NCBI GenBank assembly: GCA_964016885.1
Contig: OZ024743.1
Span: 356,376,001 to 356,440,000 of the forward strand
Reading direction: 5' to 3'
Origin: Eledone cirrhosa
Lineage: Eukaryota
Length of the DNA: 64,000 nt
Part shown: in pieces, positions 15,001 through 28,108 of the stretch
Layout of the letters: each line of letters opens with the position of its first letter
Numbering within the stretch: the first letter of the stretch is position 1
Notes under the pieces: generated by a model
Databases searched by the model: none
What the model was told of the DNA's origin: nothing
Seen by the model: only the letters and a program-made list of their open reading frames with translations
Position numbers and translations under genes: made by a program

Positions 15001-18000
15001 TCTGTGGTCAGACAATAGACATAATTGGGGTTAGAGCATAAAGGTTTCTCTGTGGTCAGACGATAGACATAATTGGGGTTAGAACATAAAGGTTTCTCTG
15101 TGGCCAGACGATAGACATAATTGGGGTTAGAGCATAAAGGTTTCTCTGTGGTCAGACAATAGACATAATTGGGGTTAGAGCATAAAGGTTTCTCTGTGGT
15201 CAGACGATAGACATAATTGGGTTTAGAGCATACAGCTTTCTCTGTGGTCAGACGATAGACATAATTGGGGTTAGAGCATAAAGGTTTCTCTGTGGTCAGA
15301 CGATAGACATAATTGGGGTTAGAGCATAAAGGTTTCTCTCTGGTCAGACGATAGACATAATTGGGGTTAGAGCATAAAGGTTTCTCTGTGGTCAGACGAT
15401 AGACATAATTGGGGTTAGAGCATAAAGGTTTCTCTGTGGTCAGACAATAGACATAATTGGGGTTCGAGCATAAAGATTTCTCTCTGGTCAGACGATAGAC
15501 ATAATTGGGGTTAGAGCATAAAGGTTTCTCTGTGGTCAGACAATAGACATAATTGGGGTTAGAGCATAAAGGTTTCTCTGTGGTCAGACGATAGACATAA
15601 TTGGGGTTAGAGCATAAAGGTTTCTCTTTGGTCAGACAATAGACATAATTGGGGTTAGAGCATAAAGGTTTCTCTGTGGTCAGACAATAGACATAATTGG
15701 GGTTAGAGCATAAAGGTTTCTCTGTGGTCAGACGATAGACATAATTGGGGTTAGAACATAAAGGTTTCTCTGTGGCCAGACGATAGACATAATTGGGGTT
15801 AGAGCATAAAGGTTTCTCTGTGGTCAGACGATAGACATAATTGGGGTTAGAGCATAAAGGTTTCTCTGTGGTCAGACGATAGACATAATTGGGTTTAGAG
15901 CATACAGCTTTCTCTGTGGTCAGACGATAGACATAATTGGGGTTAGAGCATAAAGGTTTCTCTGTGGTCAGACGATAGACATAATTGGGGTTAGAGCATA
16001 AAGGTTTCTCTCTGGTCAGACGATAGACATAATTGGGGTTAGAGCATAAAGGTTTCTCTGTGGTCAGACAATAGACATAATTGGGGTTCGAGCATAAAGA
16101 TTTCTCTCTGGTCAGACGATAGACATAATTGGGGTTAGAGCATAAAGGTTTCTCTGTGGTCAGACAATAAACATAATTGGGGTTAGAGCATAAAGGTTTC
16201 TCTGTGGTCAGACGATAGACATAATTGGGGTTAGAGCATAAAGGTTTCTCTGTGGCCAGACAATAGACATAATTGGGGTTAGAGCATAAAGGTTTCTCTG
16301 TGGTCAGACGATAGACATAATTGGGTTTAGAGCATAAAGGTTTCTCTGTGGTCAGACGATAGACATAATTGGGGTTAGAGCATAAAGGTTTCTCTGTGGT
16401 CAGACGATAGACATAATTGGGGTTAGAGCATACATGTTTCTCTCTGGTCAGACGATAGACATAATTGGGGTTAGAGCATAAAGGTTTCTCTGTGGTCAGA
16501 CGATAGACATAATTGGGGTTAGAGCATAAAGGTTTCTCTGTGGTCAGACAATAGACATAATTGGGGTTAGAGCATAAAGGTTTCTCTGTGGTCAGACAAT
16601 AGACATAATTGGGGTTAGAGCATAAAGGTTTCTCTGTGGTCAGACGATAAACATAATTGGGGTTAGAGCATAAAGGTTTCTCTGTGGCCAGACAATAGAC
16701 ATAATTGCGGTTAGAGCATAAAGGTTTCTCTGTGGTCAGACGATAGACATAATTGGGTTTAGAGCATAAAGGTTTCTCTGTGGTCAGACGATAGACATAA
16801 TTGGGGTTAGAGCATAAAGGTTTCTCTGTGGTCAGACGATAGACATAATTGGGGTTAGAGCATAAAGGTTCCTCTGTGGTCAGACGATAGACATAATTGG
16901 GGTTAGAGCATAAAGGTTTCTCTTTGGTCAGACAATAGACATAATTGGGGTTAGAGCATAAAGGTTTCTCTGTGGTCAGACTATAGACATAATTGGGGTT
17001 AGAGCATAAAGGTTTCTCTGTGGTCAGACGATAGACATAATTGGGTTTAGAGCATACAGCTTTCTCTGTGGTCAGACGATAGACATAATTGGAGTTAGAG
17101 CATAAAGGTTTCTCTGTGGTCAGACGATAGACATAATTGGGGTTAGAGCATAAAGGTTTCTCTCTGGTCAGACGATAGACATAATTGGGGTTAGAGCATA
17201 AAGGTTTCTCTGTGGTCAGACGATAGACATAATTGGGGTTAGAGCATAAAGGTTTCTCTGTGGTCAGACAATAGACATAATTGGGGTTCGAGCATAAAGA
17301 TTTCTCTCTGGTCAGACGATAGACATAATTGGGGTTAGAGCATAAAGGTTTCTCTGTGGTCAGACAATAGACATAATTGGGGTTAGAGCATAAAGGTTTC
17401 TCTGTGGTCAGACGATAGACATAATTGGGGTTAGAGCATTAAGGTTTCTCTCTGGTCAGACGATAGACATAATTGGGGTTAGAGCATAAAGGTTTTCTCT
17501 GTGGTCAGACAATAGACATAATTGGGGTTAGAGCATAAAGTTTCTCTGTGGTCAGACGATAGACATAATTGGGGTTAGAGCATAAAGGTTTCTCTGTGGT
17601 CAGACGATAGACATAATTGGGGTTAGAGCATAAAGGTTTCTCTGTGGTCAGACGATAGACATAATTGAGGTTAGAGCATAAAGGTTTCTCTGTGGTCAGA
17701 CAATAGTCATAATTGGGGTTAGAGCATAAAGGTTTCTCTGTGGTCAGACGATAGACATAATTGGGGTTAGAGCATAAAGGTTTCTCTTTGGTCAGACAAT
17801 AGACATAATTGGGGTTAGAGCATAAATGTTTTTCTGTGGTCAGATAATAGACATAATTGGTGTTAGAGCATAAAGGTTTCTCTGTAGCCAGACGATAGAC
17901 ATAATTGGGGTTAGAGCATAAAGGTTTCCCTGTGGTCAGACAATAGACATAATTGAGGTTAGAGCATAAAGGTTTCTCTGTGGTCAGACAATAGACATAA

Positions 18001-21000
18001 TTGGGGTTAGAGCATAAAGGTTTTTCTGTGGTCAGACAATAGACATAATTGGGGTTAGAGCATAAAGGTTTCTCTGTGGCCAGACAATAGACACAATTGG
18101 GGTTAGAGCATAAAGGTTTCTCTGTGGTCAGACAATAGACATAATTGGGGTTAGAGCATAAAGGTTTCTCTGTGGTCAGACGATAGACATAATTGGGGTT
18201 ATAGCATAAAGGTTTCTCTTTGGTCAGACAATAGACATAATTGGGGTTAGAGCATAAAGGTTTCTCTGTGGTCAGACAATAGACATAATTGGGGTTAGAG
18301 CATAAAGGTTTCTCTGTGGTCAGACGATAGACATAATTGGGGTTAGAGCATAAAGGTTTCTCTGTGGTCAGACGATAGACATAATTGGGGTTAGAGCATA
18401 AAGGTTTCTCTGTGGTCAGACAATAGACATAATTGGGGTTAGAGCATAAAGGTTTCTCTGTGGTCAGACGATAGACATAATTGGGGTTAGAGCATAAAGG
18501 CTTCTCTGTGGTCATACAATAGACATAATTGGGGTTAGAGCATAAAGGTTTCTCTGTGGTCAGACAATAGACATAATTGGGGTTAGAGCATAAAGGTTTC
18601 TCTGTGGTCAGACGATAGACATAATTGGGGTTAGAGCATAAAGGTTTCTCTGTGGCCAGACAATAGTCATAATTGGGGTTAGAGCATAAAGGTTTCTCTG
18701 TGGTCAGACGATAGACATAATTGGGGTTAGAGCATAAAGGTTTCTCTGTGGTCAGACAATAGGCATAATTGGGGTTAGAGCATAAAGGTTTCTCTGTGGC
18801 CAGACAATAGACATAATTGGGGTTAGAGTATAAAGGTTTCTCTGTGGTCAGACAATAGACATAATTGGGTTTAGAGCATAAAGGTTTTCTGTGGTCAGAC
18901 GATAGACATAATTGGGGTTAGAGCATAAAGGTTTCTCTGTGGTCAGACGATAGACATAAATGGGGTTAGAGCATAAATGTTTCTCTCTGGTCAGACGATA
19001 GACATATTTGGGGTTAGAGCATAAAGGTTTCTCTGTGGTCAGACGATAGACATAATTGGGGTTAGAGCATAAAGGTTTCTCTGTGGTCAGACAATAGACA
19101 TAATTGGGGTTAGAGCATAAAGGTTTCTCTGTTGTCAGACAATAGACATAATTGGGGTTAGAGCATAAAGGTTTCTCTGTGGTCAGACGATAGACATAAT
19201 TGGGGTTAGAGCATAAAGGTTTCTCTGTGGCCAGACAATAGACATAATTGGGGTTAGAGCATAAAGGTTTCTCTGTGGTCAGACGATAGACATAATTGGG
19301 GTTAGAGCATAAAGGCTTCTCTGTGGTCAGACAATAGACATAATTGGGGTTAGAGCATAAAGGTTTCTCTGTGGTCAGACAATAGACATAATTGGGGTTA
19401 GAGCATAAAGGTTTCTCTGTGGCCAGACAATAGACATAATTGGGGTTAGAGCATAAAGGTTTCTCTGTGGTCAGACAATAGACATAATTGGGGTTAGAGC
19501 ATAAAGGTTTCTCTGTGGTCAGACAATAGACATAATTGGGGTTAGAGCATAAAGGTTTCTCTGTGGTCAGACGATAGACATAATTGGGGTTAGAGCATAA
19601 AGGTTTCTCTGTGGCCAGACGATAGACATAATTGGGGTTAGAGCATAAAGGTTTCTCTGTGGTCAGACAATAGACATAATTGGGGTTAGAGCATAAAGGT
19701 TTCTCTGTGGTCAGACGATAGACATAATTGGGTTTAGAGCATAAAGGTTTCTCTGTGGTCAGACGATAGACATAATTGGGCTTAGAGCATAAAGGTTTCT
19801 CTGTGGTCAGACGATAGACATAATTGGGGTTAGAGCGTAAAGGTTTCTCTGTGGTCAGACAATAGACATAATTGGGGTTAGAGCATAAAGGTTTCTCTGT
19901 GGCCAGACAATAGACATAATTGGGTTTAGAGCATAAAGGTTTCTCTGTGGTCAGACAATAGACATAATTGGCGTTAGAGCATAAAGGTTTCTCTGTGGTC
20001 AGACAATAGACATAATTGGGGTTAGAGCATAAAGGTTTCTCTGTGGTCAGACGATAGACATAATTGGGGTTAGAGCATAAAGGTTTCTCTGTGGCCAGAC
20101 GATAGACATAATTGGGGTTAGAGCATAAAGGTTTCTCTGTGGTCAGACAATAGACATAATTGGGGTTAGAGCATAAAGGTTTCTCTGTGATCAGACGATA
20201 GACATAATTGGGTTTAGAGCATAAAGGTTTCTCTGTGGTCAGACGATAGACATAATTGGGGTTAGAGCATAAAGGTTTCTCTGTGGTCAGACGATAGACA
20301 TAATTGGGGTTAGAGCATAAAGGTTTCTCTCTGGTCAGACGATAGACATAATTGGGGTTAGAGCATAAAGGTTTCTCTGTGGTCAGACGATAGACATAAT
20401 TGGGGTTAGAGCATAAAGGTTTCTCTGTGGTCAGACAATAGACATAATTGGGGTTAGAGCATAAATGTTTTTCTGTGGTCAGACAATAGACATAATTGGG
20501 GTTAGAGCATAAAGGTTTCTCTGCGGCAAGACAATAGACATAATTGGGGTTAGAGCATAAAGGTTTCCCTGTGGTCAGACGATAGACATAATTGAGGTTA
20601 GAGCATAAACGTTTCTCTGTGGTCAGACAATAGACATAATTGGGGTTAGAGCATAAAGGTTTCTCTGTGGTCAGACAATAGACATAATTGGGGTTAGAGC
20701 ATAAAGGTTTTTCTGTGGTCAGACAATAGACATAATTGGGGTTAGAGCATAAAGGTTTCTCTGCGGCAAGACAATAGACATAATTGGGGTTAGAGCATAA
20801 AGGTTTCCCTGTGGTCAGACGATAGACATAATTGAGGTTAGAGCATAAAGGTTTCTCTGTGGTCAGACAATAGACATAATTGGGGTTAGAGCATAAAGGT
20901 TTCTCTGTGGTCAGACAATAGACATAATTGGGGTTAGAGCATAAAGGTTTTTCTGTGGTCAGACAATAGACATAATTGGTGTTAGAGCATAAAGGTTTCT

Positions 21001-23752
21001 CTGTGGCCAGACAATAGACATAATTGGGGTTAGAGCATAAAGGTTTCTCTGTGGTCAGACAATAGACATAATTGGGGTTAGAGCATAAAAGTTTCTCTGT
21101 GGTCAGACAATAGACATAATTGGGGTTAGAGCATAAAGGTTTCTCGGTGGTCAGACAATAGACATAATTGGGGTTAGAGCATAAAGTTTTCTCTGTGGTC
21201 AGACGATAGACATTATTAGGGTTAAAGCATAAAGGTTTCTCTGTGGTCAGACAATAGACATAATTGGGGTTAGACCATAAAGGTTTCTCTGTGGTCAGAC
21301 AATAGACATAATTGGGGTTAGAGCATAAAGGTTTCTCTGTGGTCAGACGATAGACATAATTGGGGTTAGAGCATAAAGGTTTCTCTGTGGTCAGACAATA
21401 GACATAATTGGGGTTAGAGCATAAAGGTTTTTCTGTGGTCAGACAATAGACATAATTGGGGTTAGAGCATAAAGGTTTCTCTGTGGTCAGACGATAGACA
21501 TAATTGGGGTTAGAGCATAAAGGTTTCTCTGTGGTCAGACGATAGACATAATCGGGGTTCGAGCATAAAGGTTTCTCTGTCGTCAGACAATAGACATAAT
21601 TGGGGTTAGAGCATAAAGGTTTCTCTGTGGTCAGACGATAGACATAATTGGGGTTAGAGCATAAAGGTTTCTCTGTGGTCAGACGATAGACATAATTGGG
21701 GTTAGAGCATAAATGTTTCTCTGTGGTCAGACAATAGACATAATTGGGGTTAGAGCATAAAGGTTTCTCTGTGGTCAGACGATAGACATAATTGGGGTTA
21801 GAGCATAAAGGTTTCTCTGTGGTCAGACGATAGACATAATTGGGGTTAGAGCATAAAGGTTTTTCTGTGGTCAGACAATAGACATAATTGGTGTTAGAGC
21901 ATAAAGGTTTCTCTGTGGTCAGACAATAGACATAATTGGGGTTAGAGCATAAAGGTTTCTCTGTGGTCAGACAATAGACATAATTGGGGTTAGAGCATAA
22001 AGGTTTCTCTGTGGCCAGACAATAGACGTAATTGGGGTTAGAGCATAAAGGTTTCTCTGTGGTCAGACAATAGACATAATTGGAGTTAGAGCATAAAGGT
22101 TTCTCTGTGGTCAGACAATAGACATAATTGGGGTTAGAGCATAAAGGTTTCTCTGTGGTCAGACAATAGACATAATTGGGGTTAGAGCATAAAGGTTTCT
22201 CTGTGGCCAGACAATAGACCTAATTGGGGTTAGAGCATAAAGGTTTCTCTGTGGCCAAACGATAGACATAATTGGGGTTAGAGTATAAATGTTTCTCTGT
22301 GGTCAGACGATAGACATAATTGGGGTTAGAGCATAAAGGTTTCTCTGTGGTCAGACGATATACATAATTTGGGTTAGAGCATAAAGGTTTCTCTGTGGTC
22401 AGACGATAGACATAATTGGGGTTAGAGCATAAAGGTTTCTCTGTGGTCAGACAATAGACATAATTGGGGTTAGAGCATAAAGGTTTCTCTGTGGTCAGAC
22501 GATAGACATAATTGGGGTTAGAGGATAAAGGTTTATCTGTGGTCAGACGATAGACATAATTGGGGTTAGAGCATAATGGTTTCTCTGTGGTCAGACGATA
22601 GACATAATTGGGGTTAGAGCATAAAGGTTTCTCTGTGGTCAGACAATAGACATAATTGGGGTTAGAGCATAAAGGTTTCTCTGTGGTCAGACGATAGACA
22701 TAATTGGGGTTAGAGCATAAAGGTTTCTCTGTGGTCAGACAATAGACATAATTGGGGTTAGAGCATAAAGGTTTCTCGGTGGTCAGACAATAGACATAAT
22801 TGGGGTTAGAGCGTAAAGGTTTCTCTGTGGTCAGACGATAGACATAATTAGGGTTAAAGCATAAAGGTTTCTCTGTGGTCAGACAATAGACATAATTGGG
22901 GTTAGACCATAAAGGTTTCTCTGTGGTCAGACAATAGACATAATTGGGGTTAGAGCATAAAGGTTTCTCTGTGGTCAGACGATAGACATAATTGGGGTTA
23001 GAGCATAAAGGTTTTTCTGTGGTCAGACAATAGACATAATTGGGGTTAGAGCATAAAGGTTTCTCTGTGGTCAGACAATAGACATAATTGGGGTTAGAGC
23101 ATAAAGGTTTCTCTGTGGCCAGACAATAGACCTAATTGGGGTTAGAGCATAAAGGTTTCTCTGTGGCCAGACGATAGACATAATTGGGGTTAGAGTATAA
23201 ATGTTTCTCTGTGGTCAGACGATAGACATAATTGGGGTTAGAGCATAAAGGTTTCTCTGTGGTCAGACGATATACATAATTTGGGTTAGAGCATAAAGGT
23301 TTCTCTGTGGTCAGACGATAGACATAATTGGGGTTAGAGCATAAAGGTTTCTCTGTGGTCAGACAATAGACATAATTGGGGTTAGAGCATAAAGGTTTCT
23401 CTGTGGTCAGACGATAGACATAATTGGGGTTAGAGCATAAAGGTTTATCTGTGGTCAGACGATAGACATAATTGGGGTTAGAGCATAAAGGTTTCTCTGT
23501 GGTCAGACGATAGACATAATTGGGGTTAGAGCATAAAGGTTTCTCTGTGGTCAGACAATAGACATAATTGGGGTTAGAGCATAAATGTTTCTCTGTGGTC
23601 AGACGATAGACACAATTGGGGTTAGAGCATAAAGGTTTCTCTGTGGTCAGACGATAGACATAATTGGGGTTAGAGCATAAAGGTTTCTCTGTGGTCAGAC
23701 GATATACATAATTGGGGTTTGAGCATAAAGGTTTCTCTGTGGTCAGACGATA
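1..23752. repeat. 48-bp tandem satellite array (~495 units), open at the window start
   Basis: Unit AATTGGGGTTAGAGCATAAAGGTTTCTCTGTGGTCAGAC[A/G]ATAGACAT repeats head-to-tail with no spacers. It ends abruptly at ...GGTCAGACGATA|TGCTACAA. Confidence 0.99.
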
Positions 23753-23952
23753 TGCTACAAATGATCTGTTTGCAATCTTTTCTGTTTGTGTTCCGTTTAT
23801 TTGCTTTTTTGTATTTATGTATAAATTTAGATATATGTGTACATGTACGTTCATGTGTATATGTGTATGTGTGTATCTACGACTATGTGCATGTGTGTGT
23901 GGAGCGTCCAACAGTAACAACCAGGTGGTTGTGGCCTTATAGCAGGCAGTTT

Positions 23953-24280
23953 TGAAAATGTATTACGCCGGAGCCTAGCACGGAAGATGCTCTGAGAGAG
24001 TTATTCCAAATTATGGCACTTATTCCAGCTGTAGACCAACCCCGTTCCGATAGTAGTAAGTAGGGAAGAGGTTTGGGGGTCCCAGAAGGCAGACGCTTCT
24101 AGCACTAAAGGTCCAATGATAATTCTGCGAGAAATGGTTCGTTACTTCAACAGCTTGTGACCTCTGGCATCTCTGGTTACGAAACCTTGCTCAGGTAGAA
24201 AGTGTCACTGCATATCGCGTTCCATATGATGGGTTTACCACCGCGAAAAGGGATGATTTTGATGCCAGCTGCTCTTTCCC
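23953..24280 (-). pseudogene. Decayed C-terminal restriction-like endonuclease region of a CRE-type non-LTR retrotransposon
   Basis: Minus-strand translation pieces ERAAGIKIIPFRGGKPIIWNAICSDTF, PLVLEASAFWDPQTSSLLTTIG and LSQSIFRARLRRNTFS. These resemble the CRE-clade pattern RPDGxTxxPWxxGKxLxWDATCxDT / PxAVETxGxWG / LxQRxSxAxQRGNA. Frameshifted. Confidence 0.55.
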
Positions 24281-25646
24281 AACATTTCGAGCTGCAGAAT
24301 CTAAGTCACACGTAACATTCTCATCGGTCAGGAATTAAGGAAATTCCTGCAATGCCTATAAAACTATAAACCAAATACGAAGCCTGTGAATTAAATCGAG
24401 TTGATGGAATTTCTGTGGATGTCTGCTGAATAGATTGCATATCTATTCCAGAGATCCAGCCTTACCACATTCAATATTAAGAGTACAAGTGACTATGGAA
24501 TATCTGAATACGCACGGGTTTATTTAACGAGTAGGACCTTCAGCTAATCAAATATGTGAATGCTCATGGGTGAAACAAACGATAGTCCATTAGATCTACT
24601 CCCTACTTACCACCCTAGGCGCTGAGCTGGCTAGCCGCAGGTGTGAGCCTCGCGAAGATGGAATGGCTCTTCCAGTGCATCTGCCTTACCATCCTCCGGG
24701 GAAACGCCTTCTCCATTCTGTCCACCGGAGCCGTGGGGCTGCCAGCACGTGGGACCCTATTTGCTCATAATACAGAGAACGGCGAAAGAGATTGAGGCGA
24801 TGGCGGGGACACATTTATCAATTCTAGGTTGTTGTTGATACTTAAAACTATTCTACTTGTTATAGTAGACAGAAGGAGGTTGGTTATGCTTCCTATAGTC
24901 TTCCTGGTGTACATCAGTGAACAACTTGTTATAACCTCTGATATAGAAGTTTATAACAAATCCAAATATACATATTACAATGCATGTGACAGTTTCCTTC
25001 ACACACCTTAACCCTAATCTCAGGTGTTGCTGTACTTTAATATAAGTCAACTTTTCTCAAGTAGACATATGATAAATATATTTCTGCAATAATATCCCAG
25101 TTTCTTCGGGCATACTCTATCTAGGTCTACTTTATTGAAATCACTGAAAGCGTATTTTCTTTCTTAAGGTATAAAATGTCATTTAATAGCTATTTGACTG
25201 CCCATTAGTCGAAGTCGTTATATTGCGTAATGATTACATTGTTGGCTTAAATAACTACCAGTAATATCAACTGGTAAATTTAATCGTCAGCAGCATGATG
25301 TTGTGACATTAAAGTAACATTAGAAATAGGTTACATGATATACTTGCTTCTGTGATCAAACAATAAACACAATAAATATTTTACACTTACCAACAAGATA
25401 ACAGTAATATATTTCAATCCTAATATATACCGTTGTACTTTAATCGGTGGGGCTGGGGGAGGGGTGTGTGACATTAATTTCTTATAACCCGACACGAAAG
25501 GCTGTGCTTTTGATGAAGGATCATGGGTAATTTGCGGTGGTGAAACGTTTGTAGAAAGTATCTGAATCTTCAGTGAATAAAAGATACAATATAAATTGTT
25601 GTTAAAACATCAGCATATCTATCTATCTATTCATCTCCCCGCCCCC

Positions 25647-25678
<32 letters not shown>

Positions 25679-25743
25679 GGTGGCTTAGTTTGGATCTAGC
25701 TGCCGAAACTGCCGGAGCTCAGCCGTCGGGGTCCTGACTCTTT

Positions 25744-25746
<3 letters not shown>
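25679..25746 (+). mobile_element. Short fragment of the hammerhead-associated family also at 47.2 and 55.9 kb (3' half of the ribozyme), between (TA)n tracts
   Basis: CGAAAC...GAGCTCAGCCGTCGGGGTCCT is shared with 47300-47333 and 55978-56008. It is preceded by hairpin GGTGGCT/AGCTGCC. Confidence 0.7.
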
Positions 25747-25804
<58 letters not shown>

Positions 25805-26141
25805 AGTGGAAGCTTAGTAAAATCGAAGCTTTGGCTGTGGCCAAGCGAAGCGACCTACAATTAGGAATGAGTAGCAAAGCACTCAATAAGGTAGGGCCTT
25901 AGAGTAATAACATACGTTTATACAGCTTGACAAAATGAAAATTGCGGCAGGCAAACCCAGCCATACAATACCAAAACAACGAAAAAACTAATCAGGTTAG
26001 ACAACAGACCTGGAGAAATCGAACGATATTCTGCAATACGTCCGATATGTTTCTATGAATTCGAAATCATCAATCCAACTTACGTAATATGTAAGCTTAT
26101 GGTATTCTATGATCGAACAGGGGATTCACGTCATCGACAGG

Positions 26142-27024
<883 letters not shown>

Positions 27025-27358
27025 GAGAGAGAGAGATGAGTCTTTTGTGTGTGTGTGTGTGTGTGTGCGGACATAAATATATACAACACATACAGTCTCA
27101 GTACGTCTTGTGTGAAACAGAGAAAGAGACGTAAGGTTGAGGAAATGGGGAGAGTTGAACAGTGTGTAAAGAATAGATAAATAACTAAAAGTTAAAGTTC
27201 CTCACTCTCTTTCTTTCTTTCTCAACTCCTCTCTCCCTTTTTTCTCATACCCACTCTCTCTTTCTCTCGCTCTCTCTCTCTCTCACTCATACCCCCTCTC
27301 TCTCTCTTCCTCTACAGAATGGAGAACAATAAAGAACACGCAGATATCTCTCTCTCTC

Positions 27359-27474
<116 letters not shown>

Positions 27475-27629
27475 TTTGTGCGTGCGTATGTGTGGGAACC
27501 AGCGTTCGTCGCCATTCTCTCTCTCTCTCGCTATCTGAATATCTTGTACCTCTCTCTGTATAACGACCTATCTCATCCTCTCTCACTACATCTCCCTTTC
27601 TCTCTTTAGATGTATATGTATATGTGTGT

Positions 27630-27698
<69 letters not shown>

Positions 27699-27701
<3 letters not shown>

Positions 27702-27882
27702 TTTTCTGCCAACCAGCCAACGAATATTTATCTAGGGGCCGCATTAACGAAAACTTGAAACTTTTATGAGTACAAAACACTCCTGGGAACATAACGCATG
27801 TTTGTACTAAATTCGAAGAAAATCGGTTGCAAACTGTAGAGTTCTGTGGGTACGGACATACACACACACATCTCAGTTTTAT
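27699..27882 (-). mobile_element. Probable non-autonomous Helitron 5' portion
   Basis: Minus strand begins TATATAAAACTGAGATGTGTGTGTGTATGTCCG...CCGATTTTCTTCGAATTT. The layout resembles the 5' ends seen at 49.42 kb and 52.3 kb. Confidence 0.4.
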
Positions 27883-28041
27883 ATATATATATATATATAT
27901 TTAAAGGTTAAACAAGGTTCAATGAATAAATCAAAGAATTAGTTTTACAATAGATTGGAAGCACTCATCAGATATGGTTTTCCGGAGTTATTAATATTAA
28001 TTCAACATATTAACAAAAATAGGACTTCGTGTGATCAAGTA

Positions 28042-28108
28042 TATTTTATTATACATATTTCAGAGGTACTGAGCTAACTTCAACAGTACGTCCTCATCAG
28101 ATAAAATA
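28042..28108 (-). ncRNA. Type-I hammerhead ribozyme
   Basis: Minus strand: TATTTTAT-CTGATGA-GGAC GTACTG...CAGTAC CTCT-GAAA-TATGTA-TA^ATAAAATA. Stem I is 8 bp perfect, stem II pairs, the core is intact. Confidence 0.85.

Noticed and set aside
1-23752. CRISPR array
   Set aside because: Units are contiguous with no unique spacers, there are no cas genes, and the context is eukaryotic.
1-23752. Satellite monomer as a hammerhead (minus strand has CTGACCA-CAGA-GAAAC and a GTC)
   Set aside because: The core would need CTGANGA (G8 is missing), and no stem I, II or III pairing can be drawn.
17505-23920. TEKPLC resembling the C2H2 zinc-finger linker TGEKPYxC; ORFs 17505-18515 and 23132-23920 as genes
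   Set aside because: There is no CxxC/HxxxH spacing and the period is 16 aa rather than 28. The start codons come from a single variant monomer or from low-complexity flank.
25190-25580. CTGACGA (minus, ~25283-25289), CTGAAGA (minus, ~25567-25573) and GAAACGTT motifs as hammerheads
   Set aside because: No complementary stem I could be found, and GAAA is missing or mispositioned.
26035-26145. TTGATGA...GAAACATATC on the minus strand as a hammerhead
   Set aside because: The core is mutated and stem I does not pair; at best a heavily decayed copy.
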